Assembly: GCA_051362555.1 (NCBI GenBank)
Contig: CM120647.1
Coordinates: 2,604,001 to 2,668,000, forward strand
DNA from: Lingula anatina
Taxonomy: Eukaryota > Animalia > Brachiopoda
Direction of reading: 5' to 3'
Length of the DNA: 64,000 nucleotides
The notes below the pieces were generated by a model. That model was not told the DNA's origin. It did not search any database and was given only the letters and a program-made list of their open reading frames with translations. Positions 13,001 to 24,393 of this stretch are shown piece after piece. The position numbers and the translations under genes are program-made. Numbering within the stretch: the stretch's first letter is position 1; each line of letters opens with the position of its first letter.

Positions 13001-13286
13001 TGCAGAATTTTTCTCCAAGACTCTAAAACATAAGTAAATGTTTATAAACTGTCAGTGGGTAATTAGATATTTATCATGTAATATTATTCTTTCAGATTTT
13101 GGTAATTCAGACAGATTGGGATCAAATAATAAGAAAAGGTTCAAGTCAGAACTAAAACCTAAAGAGGTTATTCTTAAACATAGACGCAAGAAAGCACAAG
13201 TTCAGAGTCAACAAAAACGAAGGCAAAGAATAAATCATAAGAATAAGGCAATGGCAGGACGCAGGGGAAAACATTGCCAAGTTTGA
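875..13286 (+). CDS. DDX54: ATP-dependent RNA helicase DDX54 (Dbp10), 19 coding exons, ~866 aa
   Basis: Exons 875-1078, 1978-2092, 2466-2536, 5990-6178, 6388-6437, 6897-6938, 7110-7389, 7706-7837, 8057-8267, 8416-8553, 9336-9433, 9648-9777, 9909-9982, 10166-10351, 10680-10819, 11387-11491, 12279-12392, 12662-12792, 13096-13286 join in frame (2601 nt) with GT-AG ends. Motifs: [11 protein letters not shown] motif [20 protein letters not shown], Ia SPTRELA, II DEAD ([12 protein letters not shown]), [31 protein letters not shown], and the Dbp10 C-terminal signature WDRKKKK...KIKTESG...ATYKS..YKDW. Confidence 0.96.
1452..1480. repeat. Poly(C) run of 29 nt
   Basis: Uninterrupted C tract in intron 1. 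Confidence 0.9.
1978..2092 (+). CDS. DDX54: DDX54 exon 2
   Basis: ttgcag|WQVPKD...[14 protein letters not shown]|gtaaca. Confidence 0.9.
2466..2536 (+). CDS. DDX54: DDX54 exon 3 (Q motif)
   Basis: tttcag|(G)[23 protein letters not shown]|gtaaaa. Confidence 0.95.
2552..4681. mobile_element. Non-autonomous TIR DNA transposon, Kolobok-like (TTAA TSD, GG...CC ends), 2130 bp
   Basis: TTAA (2548-2551) + GGCCGGTGATAG ... CTATCACCGGCC + TTAA (4682-4685). This is a perfect 12-bp TIR. Purine-first termini with TTAA fit Kolobok rather than piggyBac (CCY ends). No intact transposase ORF is visible. Confidence 0.8.
5001..5948. repeat. 59-bp minisatellite, ~16 copies, intron 3
   Basis: Unit ACACTATGACAGTGGGAATTATAATAGGAACCCA(C/G)ACTAAATCCTAATGTCAGTTATTT, near-identical copies. 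Preceded by two diverged ~100-bp copies (~4815-5010) sharing ACACTATGACAGTG. Confidence 0.97.
5990..6178 (+). CDS. DDX54: DDX54 exon 4 (motifs I, Ia)
   Basis: [25 protein letters not shown]...[16 protein letters not shown]|gtcagt. Confidence 0.97.
6388..6437 (+). CDS. DDX54: DDX54 exon 5
   Basis: [16 protein letters not shown](K)|gtaggt. Confidence 0.93.
6897..6938 (+). CDS. DDX54: DDX54 exon 6
   Basis: [13 protein letters not shown](I)|gtaagt. Confidence 0.93.
7025..7075. repeat. (TG)n microsatellite
   Basis: Imperfect GT/TG run in intron 6. Confidence 0.9.
7110..7389 (+). CDS. DDX54: DDX54 exon 7 (motifs Ib, II DEAD, III SAT)
   Basis: IIATPGRF...[14 protein letters not shown]...LLFSATLP...EQLR|gtaagg. 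Confidence 0.97.
7706..7837 (+). CDS. DDX54: DDX54 exon 8
   Basis: [19 protein letters not shown]...[17 protein letters not shown]|gtagca. Confidence 0.93.
8057..8267 (+). CDS. DDX54: DDX54 exon 9 (motif V)
   Basis: ILTQAG...[34 protein letters not shown](G)|gtaagg. Confidence 0.96.
8416..8553 (+). CDS. DDX54: DDX54 exon 10 (motif VI)
   Basis: [34 protein letters not shown]...|gtgagg. Confidence 0.95.
9336..9433 (+). CDS. DDX54: DDX54 exon 11
   Basis: [22 protein letters not shown]...VEL|gtgagg. Confidence 0.9.
9648..9777 (+). CDS. DDX54: DDX54 exon 12
   Basis: [30 protein letters not shown]...IHPLF|gtgagt. Confidence 0.92.
9909..9982 (+). CDS. DDX54: DDX54 exon 13
   Basis: [24 protein letters not shown]|gtaaga. 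Confidence 0.9.
10166..10351 (+). CDS. DDX54: DDX54 exon 14
   Basis: [24 protein letters not shown]...EELK|gtgaga. Confidence 0.9.
10680..10819 (+). CDS. DDX54: DDX54 exon 15
   Basis: NTFAKVIVP...[18 protein letters not shown](G)|gtaagc. Confidence 0.92.
11141..11179. repeat. (CA)n microsatellite
   Basis: CA run in intron 15. Confidence 0.9.
11387..11491 (+). CDS. DDX54: DDX54 exon 16
   Basis: [22 protein letters not shown]...HLK(W)|gtacat. Confidence 0.92.
12279..12392 (+). CDS. DDX54: DDX54 exon 17 (DBP10CT region)
   Basis: [10 protein letters not shown]...[19 protein letters not shown](V)|gtatcctttg. Confidence 0.94.
12393..12661 (+). other. U12-type (minor spliceosome) GT-AG intron
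   Basis: 5' site GTATCCTTT matches the U12 consensus. Branch-like ACCTTAAT lies at 12642-12649, ~10 nt before the CAG acceptor, with no polypyrimidine tract. Splicing restores the frame V-YKDW. Confidence 0.9.
12662..12792 (+). CDS. DDX54: DDX54 exon 18
   Basis: [14 protein letters not shown]...KRRGRG|gtaagt. Confidence 0.88.
13096..13286 (+). CDS. DDX54: DDX54 exon 19 (last coding exon)
   Basis: ttcag|FGNSDR...[19 protein letters not shown]...HCQV*, containing the conserved SELK..E.ILK.R motif. Confidence 0.9.
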
Positions 13287-14578
13287 GGTCATTTATTGCT
13301 GTTTTTTCCTTTTGTAATAGCTCACTCATTTCCACTCCACATAGTTTTATACTTCTTAAAATTTATAATTTTGGTTCGCAATGCATAAGCTGTGACATAA
13401 ACTCTACACCATTATTCAGCCTGGGGTATATTATTCTCAGTAGACTCCAATACTGCTTTGAGGATGTGATTAAAGCATTTTGTGTGAATTTTATATGCAA
13501 TGTCTGTATTAAAACTTCAAATGAAAATATCAGTGAAAGTGAAATTGTGAAAGGGCATTTTTATTTTCATTTCTGTGTACATCAATACAAAAACATTTTT
13601 GAATTAAAAAAACTGTTAAATGTATAACGAATGGGTATTCGTCATGGTCAAGTCTTTTTATTCAAAGGTAAATTGTTACAAATCTGTTAACTAAACTTTG
13701 TAACCCATGGAAAGGCAATAATTTGAAAGCTTAATTACTGACACACCTGATGATCTGGTGAGAAAATCACCTACAAATGTCTCTATTGAATAAATGTTTT
13801 GTATGAAATTGACATTGCAAACAGGAAATTATATTTAAGATCATGATATATCTATATATCCCACTATGACAGAACTGAATAATACAGTGGCAAAGTAGCA
13901 GCAGTATATTTCCATTAAGTGGATATTTATGTCTCCTCCATCCCAGTGTACCACAAACTTTTATAGTCCCTTTCATGATAAGAAAGAAGGCAACAAAGAC
14001 TATCAATTGTTCGTGATTTGGCAAAACAAGGCCGCTTTTATTATATAACCTCACTATTCTATCATTTTAACAATAATAACAATGTAGCAAATTGTTGCCT
14101 GTATTAAGCGTTCTGGCCCAAGGGATAAAAACATATATCAAATATTCAATAAGACTCGTCATCCTAAAAGGTATGATGTGATGAGTCAGCAAAAATTATT
14201 ATTTACAAACAATTTTGCACAAATTTCGTTTGTGGGGTTGCAAAGAGGCTTTTGTTTATTAAGGTAAGACCAGCTGCTGAACCAAATTCTTTCTCAGTGC
14301 CAGTAAACAGCGTGTAGTTTTATAGTAATAAAAATCTTGGAAGTAACATGAATTTGCTTCTTTCATTCTGTCATTTTCATAAACCAGATCTCAAATTAAT
14401 TGTTCAATATACTTTATTTTGATCCTTTGAATTAAACTCCAGAACTAAAGCTGTTTTTTTAATAATAATTTTGAATGTTAAATCAAAAGAAAAAGGTACT
14501 TAACTCTCTGATTAATTACCTGATTTTAGGTATTTAAATTCTAAGTAAAATAATAGTTTGGCAACCTATGTTTTCTTC

Positions 14579-14642
14579 AAGACAATGTTTATAGACATTT
14601 AAGACAATGTTTATAGACATTTATGACAATGTTTATAGACAT
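14579..14642. repeat. 22-bp tandem repeat x3
   Basis: A(A/T)GACAATGTTTATAGACATTT repeated three times. Confidence 0.85.
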
Positions 14643-14739
14643 GTTTAATATAAGTGACTCTAGAATTGTTTTGCGGTAATTTCAACTTTATATTTGATCC
14701 CAATATACAACTACATGAATATTCATAATCCAAACACTA

Positions 14740-15231
14740 GGGAAATGTACTGGAAATGCCATGGCTCTCAGATGTGGAGAGGGGTCATGCCATTGCCACA
14801 GTGTTGTTTTGAGCAGGCATGAGTGGAAATTTCCAGATATAACTGCAGTACAGAGGTGCAGTTCTTAGGACAGCTGTTGTACCTTTCATGCATCAACACC
14901 CAACTGTTCACTTGTGTCCATTGCCATACTGCCAGGCTAGTACTGGCAGACCTTCAGTAGGAACATATCCAGACCTGACCATGGCCAGTGTTTTGAGTCC
15001 CAATATGTCTCTCATTGAGCATACCTAGGATGAACTGGGTAGACAAACTTCATAATGGCCAGCCACAGCCTACCACTGTCATAGACATGGAGTTAAGAGC
15101 TGCACTGGAGGAACAATGGAAAAGGATGCCTGCTCAAAACAACACTGGCAATAGCATGACCCCTCTCCAGATTTGAGAGCCATGGCTTTTCCAGGTATAC
15201 TTATTTACACCAGCATTGTGTACATTTCCCA
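14740..15231 (+). mobile_element. Tc1/mariner-derived internally deleted element (MITE-like) with long inverted repeats
   Basis: ~70-bp IR: TGGAAATGCCATGGCTCTCAGATGTGGAGAGGGGTCATGC...GCAGGCAT (14751-14820) vs ATGCCTGC...GAGAGCCATGGCTTTTCCA (15126-15193). There is also an outer GGGAAATGTAC/GTACATTTCCC pair. The interior reads SPNMSLIEHT*DELGRQ, a remnant of the Tc1 SPDLNPIEHLWD motif. Confidence 0.75.
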
Positions 15232-15258
15232 GGGCTGCATTTGAGGTCTTGTACAGTC

Positions 15259-15882
15259 CATTCAGAGGAGGGCACTAGCCTGTATTGCATTCAGAGGAGG
15301 GCACTAGCCTGTATTGCATTCAGAGGAGGGCACTAGCCTTTATTGCATTCAGAGGAGGGAACTAGCCTGTATTGCATTCAGAGGAGGGCACTAGCCTGTT
15401 TTGCATTCAGAGGAGGGCACTAGCCTGTATTGCATTCAGAGGAGGGCACTAGCCTGTATTGCATTCAGAGGAGGGCACTAGCCTTTATTGCATTCAGAGG
15501 AGGGAACTAGCCTGTATTGCATTCAGAGGAGGGCACTAGCCTGTTTTGCATTCAGAGGAGGGCACTAGCCTGTATTGCATTCAGAGGAGGGCACTAGCCT
15601 GTATTGCATTCAGAGGAGGGCACTAGCCTGTATTGCATTCAGAGGAGGGCACTAGCCTTTATTGCATTCAGAGGAGGGAACTAGCCTGTATTGCATTCAG
15701 AGGAGGGAACTAGCCTGTATTGCATTCAGAGGAGGGCACTAGCCTTTATTGCATTCAGAGGAGGGAACTAGCCTGTATTGCATTCAGAGGAGGGCACTAG
15801 CCTGTATTGCATTCAGAGGAGGGAACTAGCCTTTATTGCATTCAGAGGAGGGCACTAGCCTGTATTGCATTCAGAGGAGGGC
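15259..15882. repeat. 29-bp minisatellite, ~21.5 copies
   Basis: Unit CATTCAGAGGAGGG(C/A)ACTAGCCT(G/T)T(A/T)TTG in direct tandem with no spacers. Confidence 0.97.
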
Positions 15883-16439
15883 TCACACATTACTGAGCAA
15901 TACTACCCTATTATTGTTACAGTATAAAAAATTATATTAAGCCAAAGACGTAACAAAACATGTTTCTTTTTCAATCTACTATATATTTTTATGCCTCATT
16001 TTCCAAGAAGACACAAGAGACATCATTTACCAAGTGACTTGGCTTCAATCTGTAGGTTGCAATGCTTGGATCTTGACACAGAGAGGAAGTAAAAGGTGTT
16101 TATCAGGTCAAGGGTGAAATGGACAGAGGAAAGAGAAAAACCCGCCTCTTATTCCCTACTAAAAGAAGGATCTAAAAGCACCAACTATATTAAAAACATA
16201 CCAAACAGTAAAAAACCTGCAAGTGACTAATTTTTTAAGGAGTCTGTTGGAATGATATAAAGCACTTTGTTGTAAGGTCCCAAAATGAATAGCACCAGCT
16301 GGGTAATTGATCTGTAGTACAAGGGCAATGGGGGTTTAACATGTATCCCAAAACAATATCCAAGATTGCTTCAGGTGTCATTGCAAACTGATAAACAAGG
16401 GTATTAAATTTAATTAATTCTCCAAACCAAACAGGCTTC

Positions 16440-16960
16440 AAAGAGGTTTGTGCTGCACCCCACCGATGGGCAAATGAGAGTGCATAGACTCGTTGGGTAA
16501 CATCTCTTGGCAGAGTGTGTACAAAAAATGACGCCCGAGGTAGAGGGTCAGTTCATGTTTGGGGAGAAATCTATGTCCATGGTCATAGTAGATTGGTACT
16601 TCTGGAACAGAACGTGGAGGGGGCAACTTACAGTGACATGCTCGAGAAACATTTCATTCCCTTTGCCAGAGTTGACTTTTAGGACAACTACAGACTACAA
16701 CAGGACAATGTCCCTGCTCACAATTGTCATTTGGTGAGGGATTTTGTGCAAAGGAGCAATGTTCAATTGATGGAGTAACCGCCTTTAAGTCCAGACACCA
16801 ACCCTATTGAGCATCTGTGGGATCAATTAGGGCACACGGTGCAAAGGAGAGACAACCCACCTACTAATCTGGATCAACTCTGGCAAGACCTCCAGGAAGA
16901 ATGGGGAAATATTCCAGAAAACTCACTCATGACTCTTGTTAGAACCATGCGCCGTGCTGC
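16440..16960 (+). pseudogene. Degraded Tc1-family transposase (C-terminal catalytic part)
   Basis: Reads QQDNVPAHNCHLVRDF...ME*PPLSPDTNPIEHLWDQLG...LWQDLQEEWGNIP...RTMRR, with a stop and upstream frameshifts. No TIRs found. Confidence 0.85.
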
Positions 16961-16974
16961 TTACACCATTAAAC

Positions 16975-17440
16975 AGACACAGTGACAACATATCTATACA
17001 CCACGATCATAATATATGCAAACACATACAGTAATGTAACAAACATACACATAATATTAATCAGACTTACACAGTGAAAACAGAATGTACACAGCAATCA
17101 GAATATATACAGATACATAGTTTACAAAGACAACACAAACATGTACTGAGTAATCAGAATTAATACCAACAAATACAGTGACAAAACAGACATACACAGT
17201 GACATACGTAGGTGGTGATCAGAATATATCAATCAGACATATACAGTGACAGCAAATAATGTACATAGCAATCAGAATGTAAACAGAAACATGAGCTTAC
17301 AGCAACTACAAACATGCACAAATATACTGACAAAACAGACATAAAGAGAGAACTGAATACACAGAACTAGTTAGCAAAGCTGACAAATATACAGACACCA
17401 TACAGGAAACAATGCAGCAAAGCTGTCAAATTTTCAGACC
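16975..17440. repeat. Highly degenerate copies of the A/C-rich ~49-bp satellite
   Basis: Recurrent ACAGTGAC / ACAGTGATC / ATCAGAAT / CAGACATAC motifs, as in the main array but more diverged. Confidence 0.7.
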
Positions 17441-17442
17441 AA

Positions 17443-18866
17443 GTAGGCTTTTTTGGACAACACATTTGAGAGAAATGAAAATTACATTGAAAAGACTGGT
17501 AAATTCCATAGCTAAAAATAGTTAAATGTTAATAATTTTGAAAAATCTACTCCAAAATTTGTGAAATTTGTACAAATGATGCATAACAACAATAAAAATC
17601 TGTGATAAGCATATCAATTAAATATGTTTAATGAAAAAGACTTTTCCAGCCAATATATTTGAGAAAACTAAAAATTACATTGAAACTGCTGACAAAATCC
17701 ATAGCTAGAAATAGTTGAACATTAATTATTTTGACAAACCTGGTCCAATTTCTGTGAAATTTGTACAAATGATACATATCAACAATGAAAATCTGTGATA
17801 AGCTTATCAGTTCACTGTGTGAAACAGAAGTGTAGTTTATTGGCAATTTGTGTAAGAAGAGTGAATTACTGAAAACAAATTTTTTAAATTTTTCAACATA
17901 TCATTCAGTCTCAAACAAAACATCAAATGCCACAATTTGAGTTTGTTTGTGTAAGACATGATAAATTACCCATAACTGTCATCTGGATAAGAACATATAC
18001 CCATTCAAGACTTCTACAGTAAGTGTCAGTTCACCAAGAAGCCACCATGCTGTATGGAAAGGGTCACCTGGAATTGAAAGACTGGCAAATAACATGGTTT
18101 AATAATTAATAGATTAAAGTGAATACTTTTGACAAATCTACTCCTAAATTTGTGAAATTTGTACAAATGATGCATAAAAACAATAAAAATCTGTGATACG
18201 CATATCTGTTGAATATGTCCAATGAAGTAGGCTTTTTCGGGCAATATATTTGAAAGAACTGAAAATTACATTGAAAAGACTGGTAAATTTCATAGCTAAA
18301 AAATAGTTAAACATTAATAATTTTGACAAATCTACTCCAAAATTTTAGAATTTGTACAAATGATGCATATCAACAATGAAAATCTGTGATACGCATATCA
18401 GTTGAATATGTCCAATGAAGTAGGCTTTTTCAGGTAATATGTTTGAGAAAACTAAATATTACATTGAAACTGCTGGCAAAATCCATAGCTGAAAATAGTT
18501 GAACGTTAATAATTTTGACAAACCTGGTCCAATTTCTGTGAAATTAGTACAAATGATACATATCAACAATGAAAATCTGTGATAAGCTTTTCAGTTCTCT
18601 GTGTGAAATAGAAGTGTAGTTTATTGGCAATTTGTGTGAGAAGAGTGAATTACTGAAAACAAATTTTTTAATTTTTCAACATATCATTCAGTCTCAAAAG
18701 AAACATCAAATGCCACAATCTGAGTTTGTTTGTGTAAGACATGATAAATTACTCATAACTGTCATCTGGATAAGAACATATACCCATTCAAGACTTCTAC
18801 AGGAAGTGTCAGTTCACCAAAAAGCCACCATGCTGTATGGAAAGGGTCACCTGGAATTGAAAGATT
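17443..18866. repeat. Block of ~193-bp diverged repeats with a ~783-bp higher-order duplication
   Basis: Unit starts (GTAGGCTTTT-like) at 17443, ~17637, 18227 and 18420. 17637-18083 is repeated at 18420-18866. Confidence 0.85.
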
Positions 18867-21374
18867 TCTCACAATAAATGCAAACACAAACAGTGACAAC
18901 ACAGCAATAAAAATAATTACAAACAAATATACTGACAAAACTGATATACAGAGTACTCACGATAAATACAAACACCAACAGTAATGACACAAATATACAC
19001 GGTGATCACAATAAATACAAATGGAAACACTGACAACACAAATATGCACAGTAATGATAATGATTACAAACAAATAGCAGGACAAACAGAATTAGACAGT
19101 GATCAGAATTATATGCAGACACAAACAGTAATGTGCAATGTAAAGAGAATGAACACAAGGAAAAAGGGTGAAAAAATAGCCCCACACAGTCATCCCAATA
19201 TGTACAAACACATTCAGTAACAATACAGAATAGACACAGCATTGTATACAATGACAACAGTAACATGCACCAAAATAATAACAAACACCAGGAAAAAGAG
19301 TGAATACATAGCCCAACACAGTCATTACAATATATACAAATTAACACATTCAGTTACAATACAGAATAGACACAGCAAACAGAATATAAACAGACACACA
19401 GATATACGGTGACAACAACATCATAGTAATGATTATAAACAAATAGAGTGACAAAACCAACATACACAGTGATCACAATAAATACAAACACCAGCAGTAA
19501 TGACACAAACATAATAGACACAGCAAACAGAATATAAGCAGACACAGACACATATATTGACAACACCATCATGCATTCAAAGCAACAGTAATGAAAATAA
19601 ACAAATAGAGTGACAAAACTGACATACACATTGCTCGCAATAAATGCAAACATAAACAGTGATAACACTAACTTGAGCAGTAAACAAAATGAATACAAAG
19701 AAATAGTGACAAAACTGACAACACTAACATGCACAGTAATCAATATGAATACAAACAATAACAAAAAGTGACAAAACTGACATACACAGTGCTCACAATA
19801 AATACAAACACAAACAGTAATGACACAAACATACACAATGATCACAATAAATAAAAACACAAACAGTGAAAACACATACAGGCACAGTATTTATAATGAT
19901 TACAAACAAATAGAAGAACATACAGACGTACACAGTGATAAGAATTATGTGCAGACACAAACGGTAACAACACAAACATACACAGTGATCAAAAACATAT
20001 TAACATGTACAGTGATAACAGTAACGTGCACCATAATGATAATGAATTAAAGAAAAAGAGTGAAAAAAATAGCAGCAGACAGTCGACATCACAATATATA
20101 CAAACCCATTCAGTAACATTACAGATTAGACACAGCAAACAGAAAAAAAAACAAACACATAGACATACAATGACAATGCCATCATGCAGAGTAATAGTAA
20201 TGATTACAAACAAGTAGAGTGACAAAATTGATGTACACAGTCCTCAAAATAAATACAGGCACGTACATACACAGTCATCAACACATACATGTACAGTAAT
20301 TAAAATATATACAAACAAAATATTCACAATATAGACATACACAGTGATCAGAATTAATTTTGACGTATACAGTGACAACAGTAACCTTCACAGTGATCAA
20401 ATAATTACAAAATAATTACTAACAAACACTGTCACAATATAGACATACACAGTGATCAGAGAAAAATTTGACATGTACAGTGACAATAGTATTAACTTGC
20501 ATAGAAATGAGAATGAACACAAGGAAAAAGACTGATAAAAAATAGCCGTAGACAGTCATCCCAATATGTACAAACACATTCAGTAACAATACAGAATAGA
20601 CACAGGAAAAAGAATATAAATAAACACATAGACATACAGTGACAACAACATCAATCAGCGCAACAGTAATGATTACAAACAAAGAGTGACAAAACTGATG
20701 TACACAATGCTCACAATAAATACAAGCATGTACAGTAACAACAGAAACATGCACAGTCATCAAAATAAATACAAACAAACAGTAATAAATACAAACAAAT
20801 CAAAATGAATATTAACATGTACAGTGACAACAATAATGTGCAATGTAATGACAATGAACACAATACAAGGAAAAAGAGTGAAAATTTTAACATAGACCTA
20901 CACAGTCATCACAATATATACAAACACATTCAGTAACAATACAGAATAGACAAAGGAAACAGAATATAAACAGACACAGACAGATATATTGACAACACCA
21001 TCATTCAATGCAACAGTAATGAAAATAAACAAATAGAGTGACAAAACTGACATACACATTGTTCCCAATAAATACAAACATAAACAGTGATAACACTAAC
21101 ATGAGCAGTAAACAATATGAATACAAACAAAAAGAGTGACAAAACTGACATACACATTGCTAACAATACATACAAACACTAACAGTAACGACACAAACAT
21201 ACACAGTAATCACAATAAATAAAAACACAAACAGTGAAAACACATACAGGCGCAGTATTTATAATGATTACAAACAAACAGAAGAACATATGTACAGAGT
21301 GATCAGAATTATGTGCAGACACAAACGGTAACAATTAACACTAACACACACAGTGATCAAAAACATATTAACAT

Positions 21375-22203
21375 AACTAATTAACATACAGACAATCACT
21401 TACCAATTACTTATATGTCTAGCTACAAAATGTGATACACGTGCTTATCTTAAACATTGTATTACCACCTTAGTTAGTGATAATATGCCTTACAATAGTG
21501 CTACTTTTAAGCAGTTTGCGAAAGAGTGGGGATTCACTTGTGTTTATACTAGTCCCACTTATGCTCAGTCTAATGGTCAAAGTGAGCGATTTGTGCAGTC
21601 AATTAAAGGAATGCTTAAGAAAGCACAAGCAGAGGGTAAAGATCCTCACATATCGTTGTTAGAATACAGAAATACACCTTTAGCTGGTATAGGTTCATCA
21701 CCAGCTCAATTTTTAATGAGTAGGAGGTTAAAAGATAAAATGCCGACTACAAATAACTTGCTGCAACCAAAGGTGGTAAATGATGCACAGTCAAAGCTGC
21801 GCAAGCGTCAGCAAAAGCAGAAATTCTATTATGATAGAAGTGCTAGATATCACCAGTCATTTAATGTGGGAGATAGTGTTCGTGTGAATTTAGGACAAAA
21901 TTGGGAACATGCCAGAGTGACAGATATTCATAATACGTGGAGGTCATATGAGGTGACTACTCCGGATGGACATTCATATCGTAGAAACCAACGCATGATA
22001 AACAAGTCTCCTGACTCGGTGCCCGAGTCGTATGTTATGGATACTGAACCATCAGATACTAGTATGAGTAAAACAGTGCACCAGAACAATGAAACTGGAA
22101 AACAAATTGCTCAGCCACAAATGTGTAGGCATAGTACTCGGGAGAGACATCCGCATAGGTGGCAAGCAGATTTTGAAATGAAGTGACTGCATGTTTATTG
22201 GTT

Positions 22204-22242
<39 letters not shown>

Positions 22243-22715
22243 GTGGATTGTACACAGTGCCTGTAACCAATTTAAATGTCTGTGTATAAGAAGGATACTG
22301 TTGAAACGTACTGCATTGACTTTATGCACTCAGGAAGATTAACATTGACTGTTTACTGGAGGAGACGTGTTAAATGTTATTGCACTAATTATAAAATGCA
22401 TTTTGCTGATCAGAGACAATCAGAACAGAACTTTTACTTTTATTTGTATTTTATTACTATAACTAAGGTGGTAATACAATGTTTAAGATAAGCACGTGTA
22501 TCACATTTTGTAGATAGACATATAAGTAATTGGTAAGTGATTGTCTGTATGTTAATTAGTTTTTTCCTTTAAAAGGGGGGGGGATGTCACATAGTGGTGC
22601 GTCATGCACATTGCGTAATATTATCCAATTAGAATAAAGCGCGGCTGTGTGCTGCAGTTGAGTAATAATTAACAACATGTTGTCTGGTGTTCGCTCCTCC
22701 GCTCGTAACATTACA
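21375..22715 (+). mobile_element. Truncated Ty3/Gypsy LTR retrotransposon: integrase 3' half, 3' UTR, PPT and short 3' LTR
   Basis: ORF 21485-22186, [17 protein letters not shown] at 22571-22584, then LTR TGTCAC...GTAACA(TTACA) at 22585-22710/22715 containing AATAAA. The 5' end is replaced by an inverted copy of the pre-PPT region. Confidence 0.85.
21478..22186 (+). pseudogene. Gypsy-type integrase fragment (core C-terminal half and C-terminal domain)
   Basis: DN.PYNSATFKQFAKEWGF...TSPTYAQSNGQSERFVQSIK...LLEYRNTP...SPAQFLMSRRL...QKFYYDR...VGDSV...YRRN, typical of retroelement integrases. 5'-truncated. Confidence 0.88.
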
Positions 22716-22831
22716 ATAGTGATAACAGTAACGAGCACCATAATGATAATGAATACAAGGAAAAAGAGTGAAAAAAATAGCAGCAGACAGTAGACATCAC
22801 AATATATACAAACCCATTCAGTAACATTACA

Positions 22832-23496
22832 TGTGGGGAACCCCCTTAAACCATCCCAGGGCCCCCACATTACATAAAATAACCTTTTTAATAATAACCC
22901 CAGGGGTTTGGGCTCAATGGGCTCACATCTTTGGATAACGCTATCTGTAATACTGCTACAGAGATTCCCAGGTTCCTTGTCTTAAATTCTGTACACGGAA
23001 AAGAATGAAACGACTCCATGTTGTAACTTAACAGAATATGTTTTACTACACTAACAGTTACATGATACAAGTATGACCTCTCTCCTCTCTCTAGCTATCC
23101 CGTCTCACTACTATATACTAATCACTACATCTTGTACTCTCCGATCTCCCAGATTTAAGTTCACAGATTATTTTATACTAAACTTTATCAGTTAAACTGT
23201 CCATCACATAACTTAAAAACTGATTGGTTACTTCATACACAAGGCCACCTTCTTCCAGGTGGGCACTCCTAATAACACCCTGTAATCTAGTTCTAACAGA
23301 TTACTGGCTTCAGAACAAAGGACATTAAAATTTGAACTTCAGGGTGTGAAATATTATCTGAACAACTTGTACAACTTGGCTTCCCATGTCTGAATTTTAT
23401 GAAACAATGGCTTCCTCTGATTGAGTTAATACAACATCATGTATGAAAGTTTTAAAATTACTAATTACACTTTTTTCCATACTTTGGTTCCTGACA
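22832..23496. mobile_element. Solo LTR (665 bp) with 4-bp TSD
   Basis: Ends TGTGGGGAAC...GTTCCTGACA, with TACA duplicated at 22828-22831 and 23497-23500. Removing it restores the satellite CAGTAACATTACAGATTA seen at ~20111. Confidence 0.85.
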
Positions 23497-24393
23497 TACA
23501 GATTATACACAGCAAAAAGAAAATAAACAGACATATAGACATACAGTGACAATGCCATCATGTAGAGTAATAATAATAATTACAAACAAGTAGAGTGACA
23601 AAATCCACATACACAGTGCTCACAATATATACATTGTACAAACACATACAGTGACAACACCAACATGCACAGTAATTAAAATAATTACTTACAAACACTG
23701 TCACAAAACAGACATACACAGTGATCAGAAAAAATTTGACATGTACAGTGACAATAGTAACATGCACCATAATAAGAATAAACACAAGGAAAAAGATTGA
23801 AAACAAAGCCCCACACAGTCATCACAATTTGTGCAAAAACATTCATTAACTATACAAAATAGACACCACAAACACAATTTAAACAGACACATAGACATAC
23901 AGTGACAACCCCATCATGCAGAGTAATAGTAATGATTACAAACAGATTGACAAAACTGACATACACAGTGCTCACAATATATACAAACATCAACACTAAT
24001 GACGCTAACATACATGTTGATCACAATAAATAGAATTGCAACAGTGACAACACAAATATGTACAGTAATGTTCATAATTACAAAGTACAAACACACTTAT
24101 ACAGTGATGAGATTTATATGCAGACACAAACAGTAACAACACAAACAAACACAGTGATCAATATAAATATAAACACGTACATTGACAACAGTAACTAGCA
24201 CCGAAATGACAATGAACTCAAGAAAAAAGAGTGAATACATAGCCCAACACAGTCATTACAATAAATACAAACACATTCAGTTACAATACAGAATAGACAC
24301 AACAAACAGAATATATGGTGACAACAACATCATAGTGATGATTGCAAACAAATAGAGTGACAAAACTAACATACACAGTGATCACAATATATA

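Noticed and set aside
13747-13780. Hammerhead ribozyme core (CTGATGA...GAAA)
   Set aside because: Stem II is only ~2 bp, and no stems I and III with an NUH site can be built.
13274-14054. ORFs 13274-13627 (+) and 13767-14054 (-)
   Set aside because: AT-rich 3' UTR or intergenic sequence with non-ATG starts and no recognisable homology.
15259-15882. 29-bp repeat as a CRISPR array
   Set aside because: The units abut with no unique spacers, the context is eukaryotic, and there are no cas genes.
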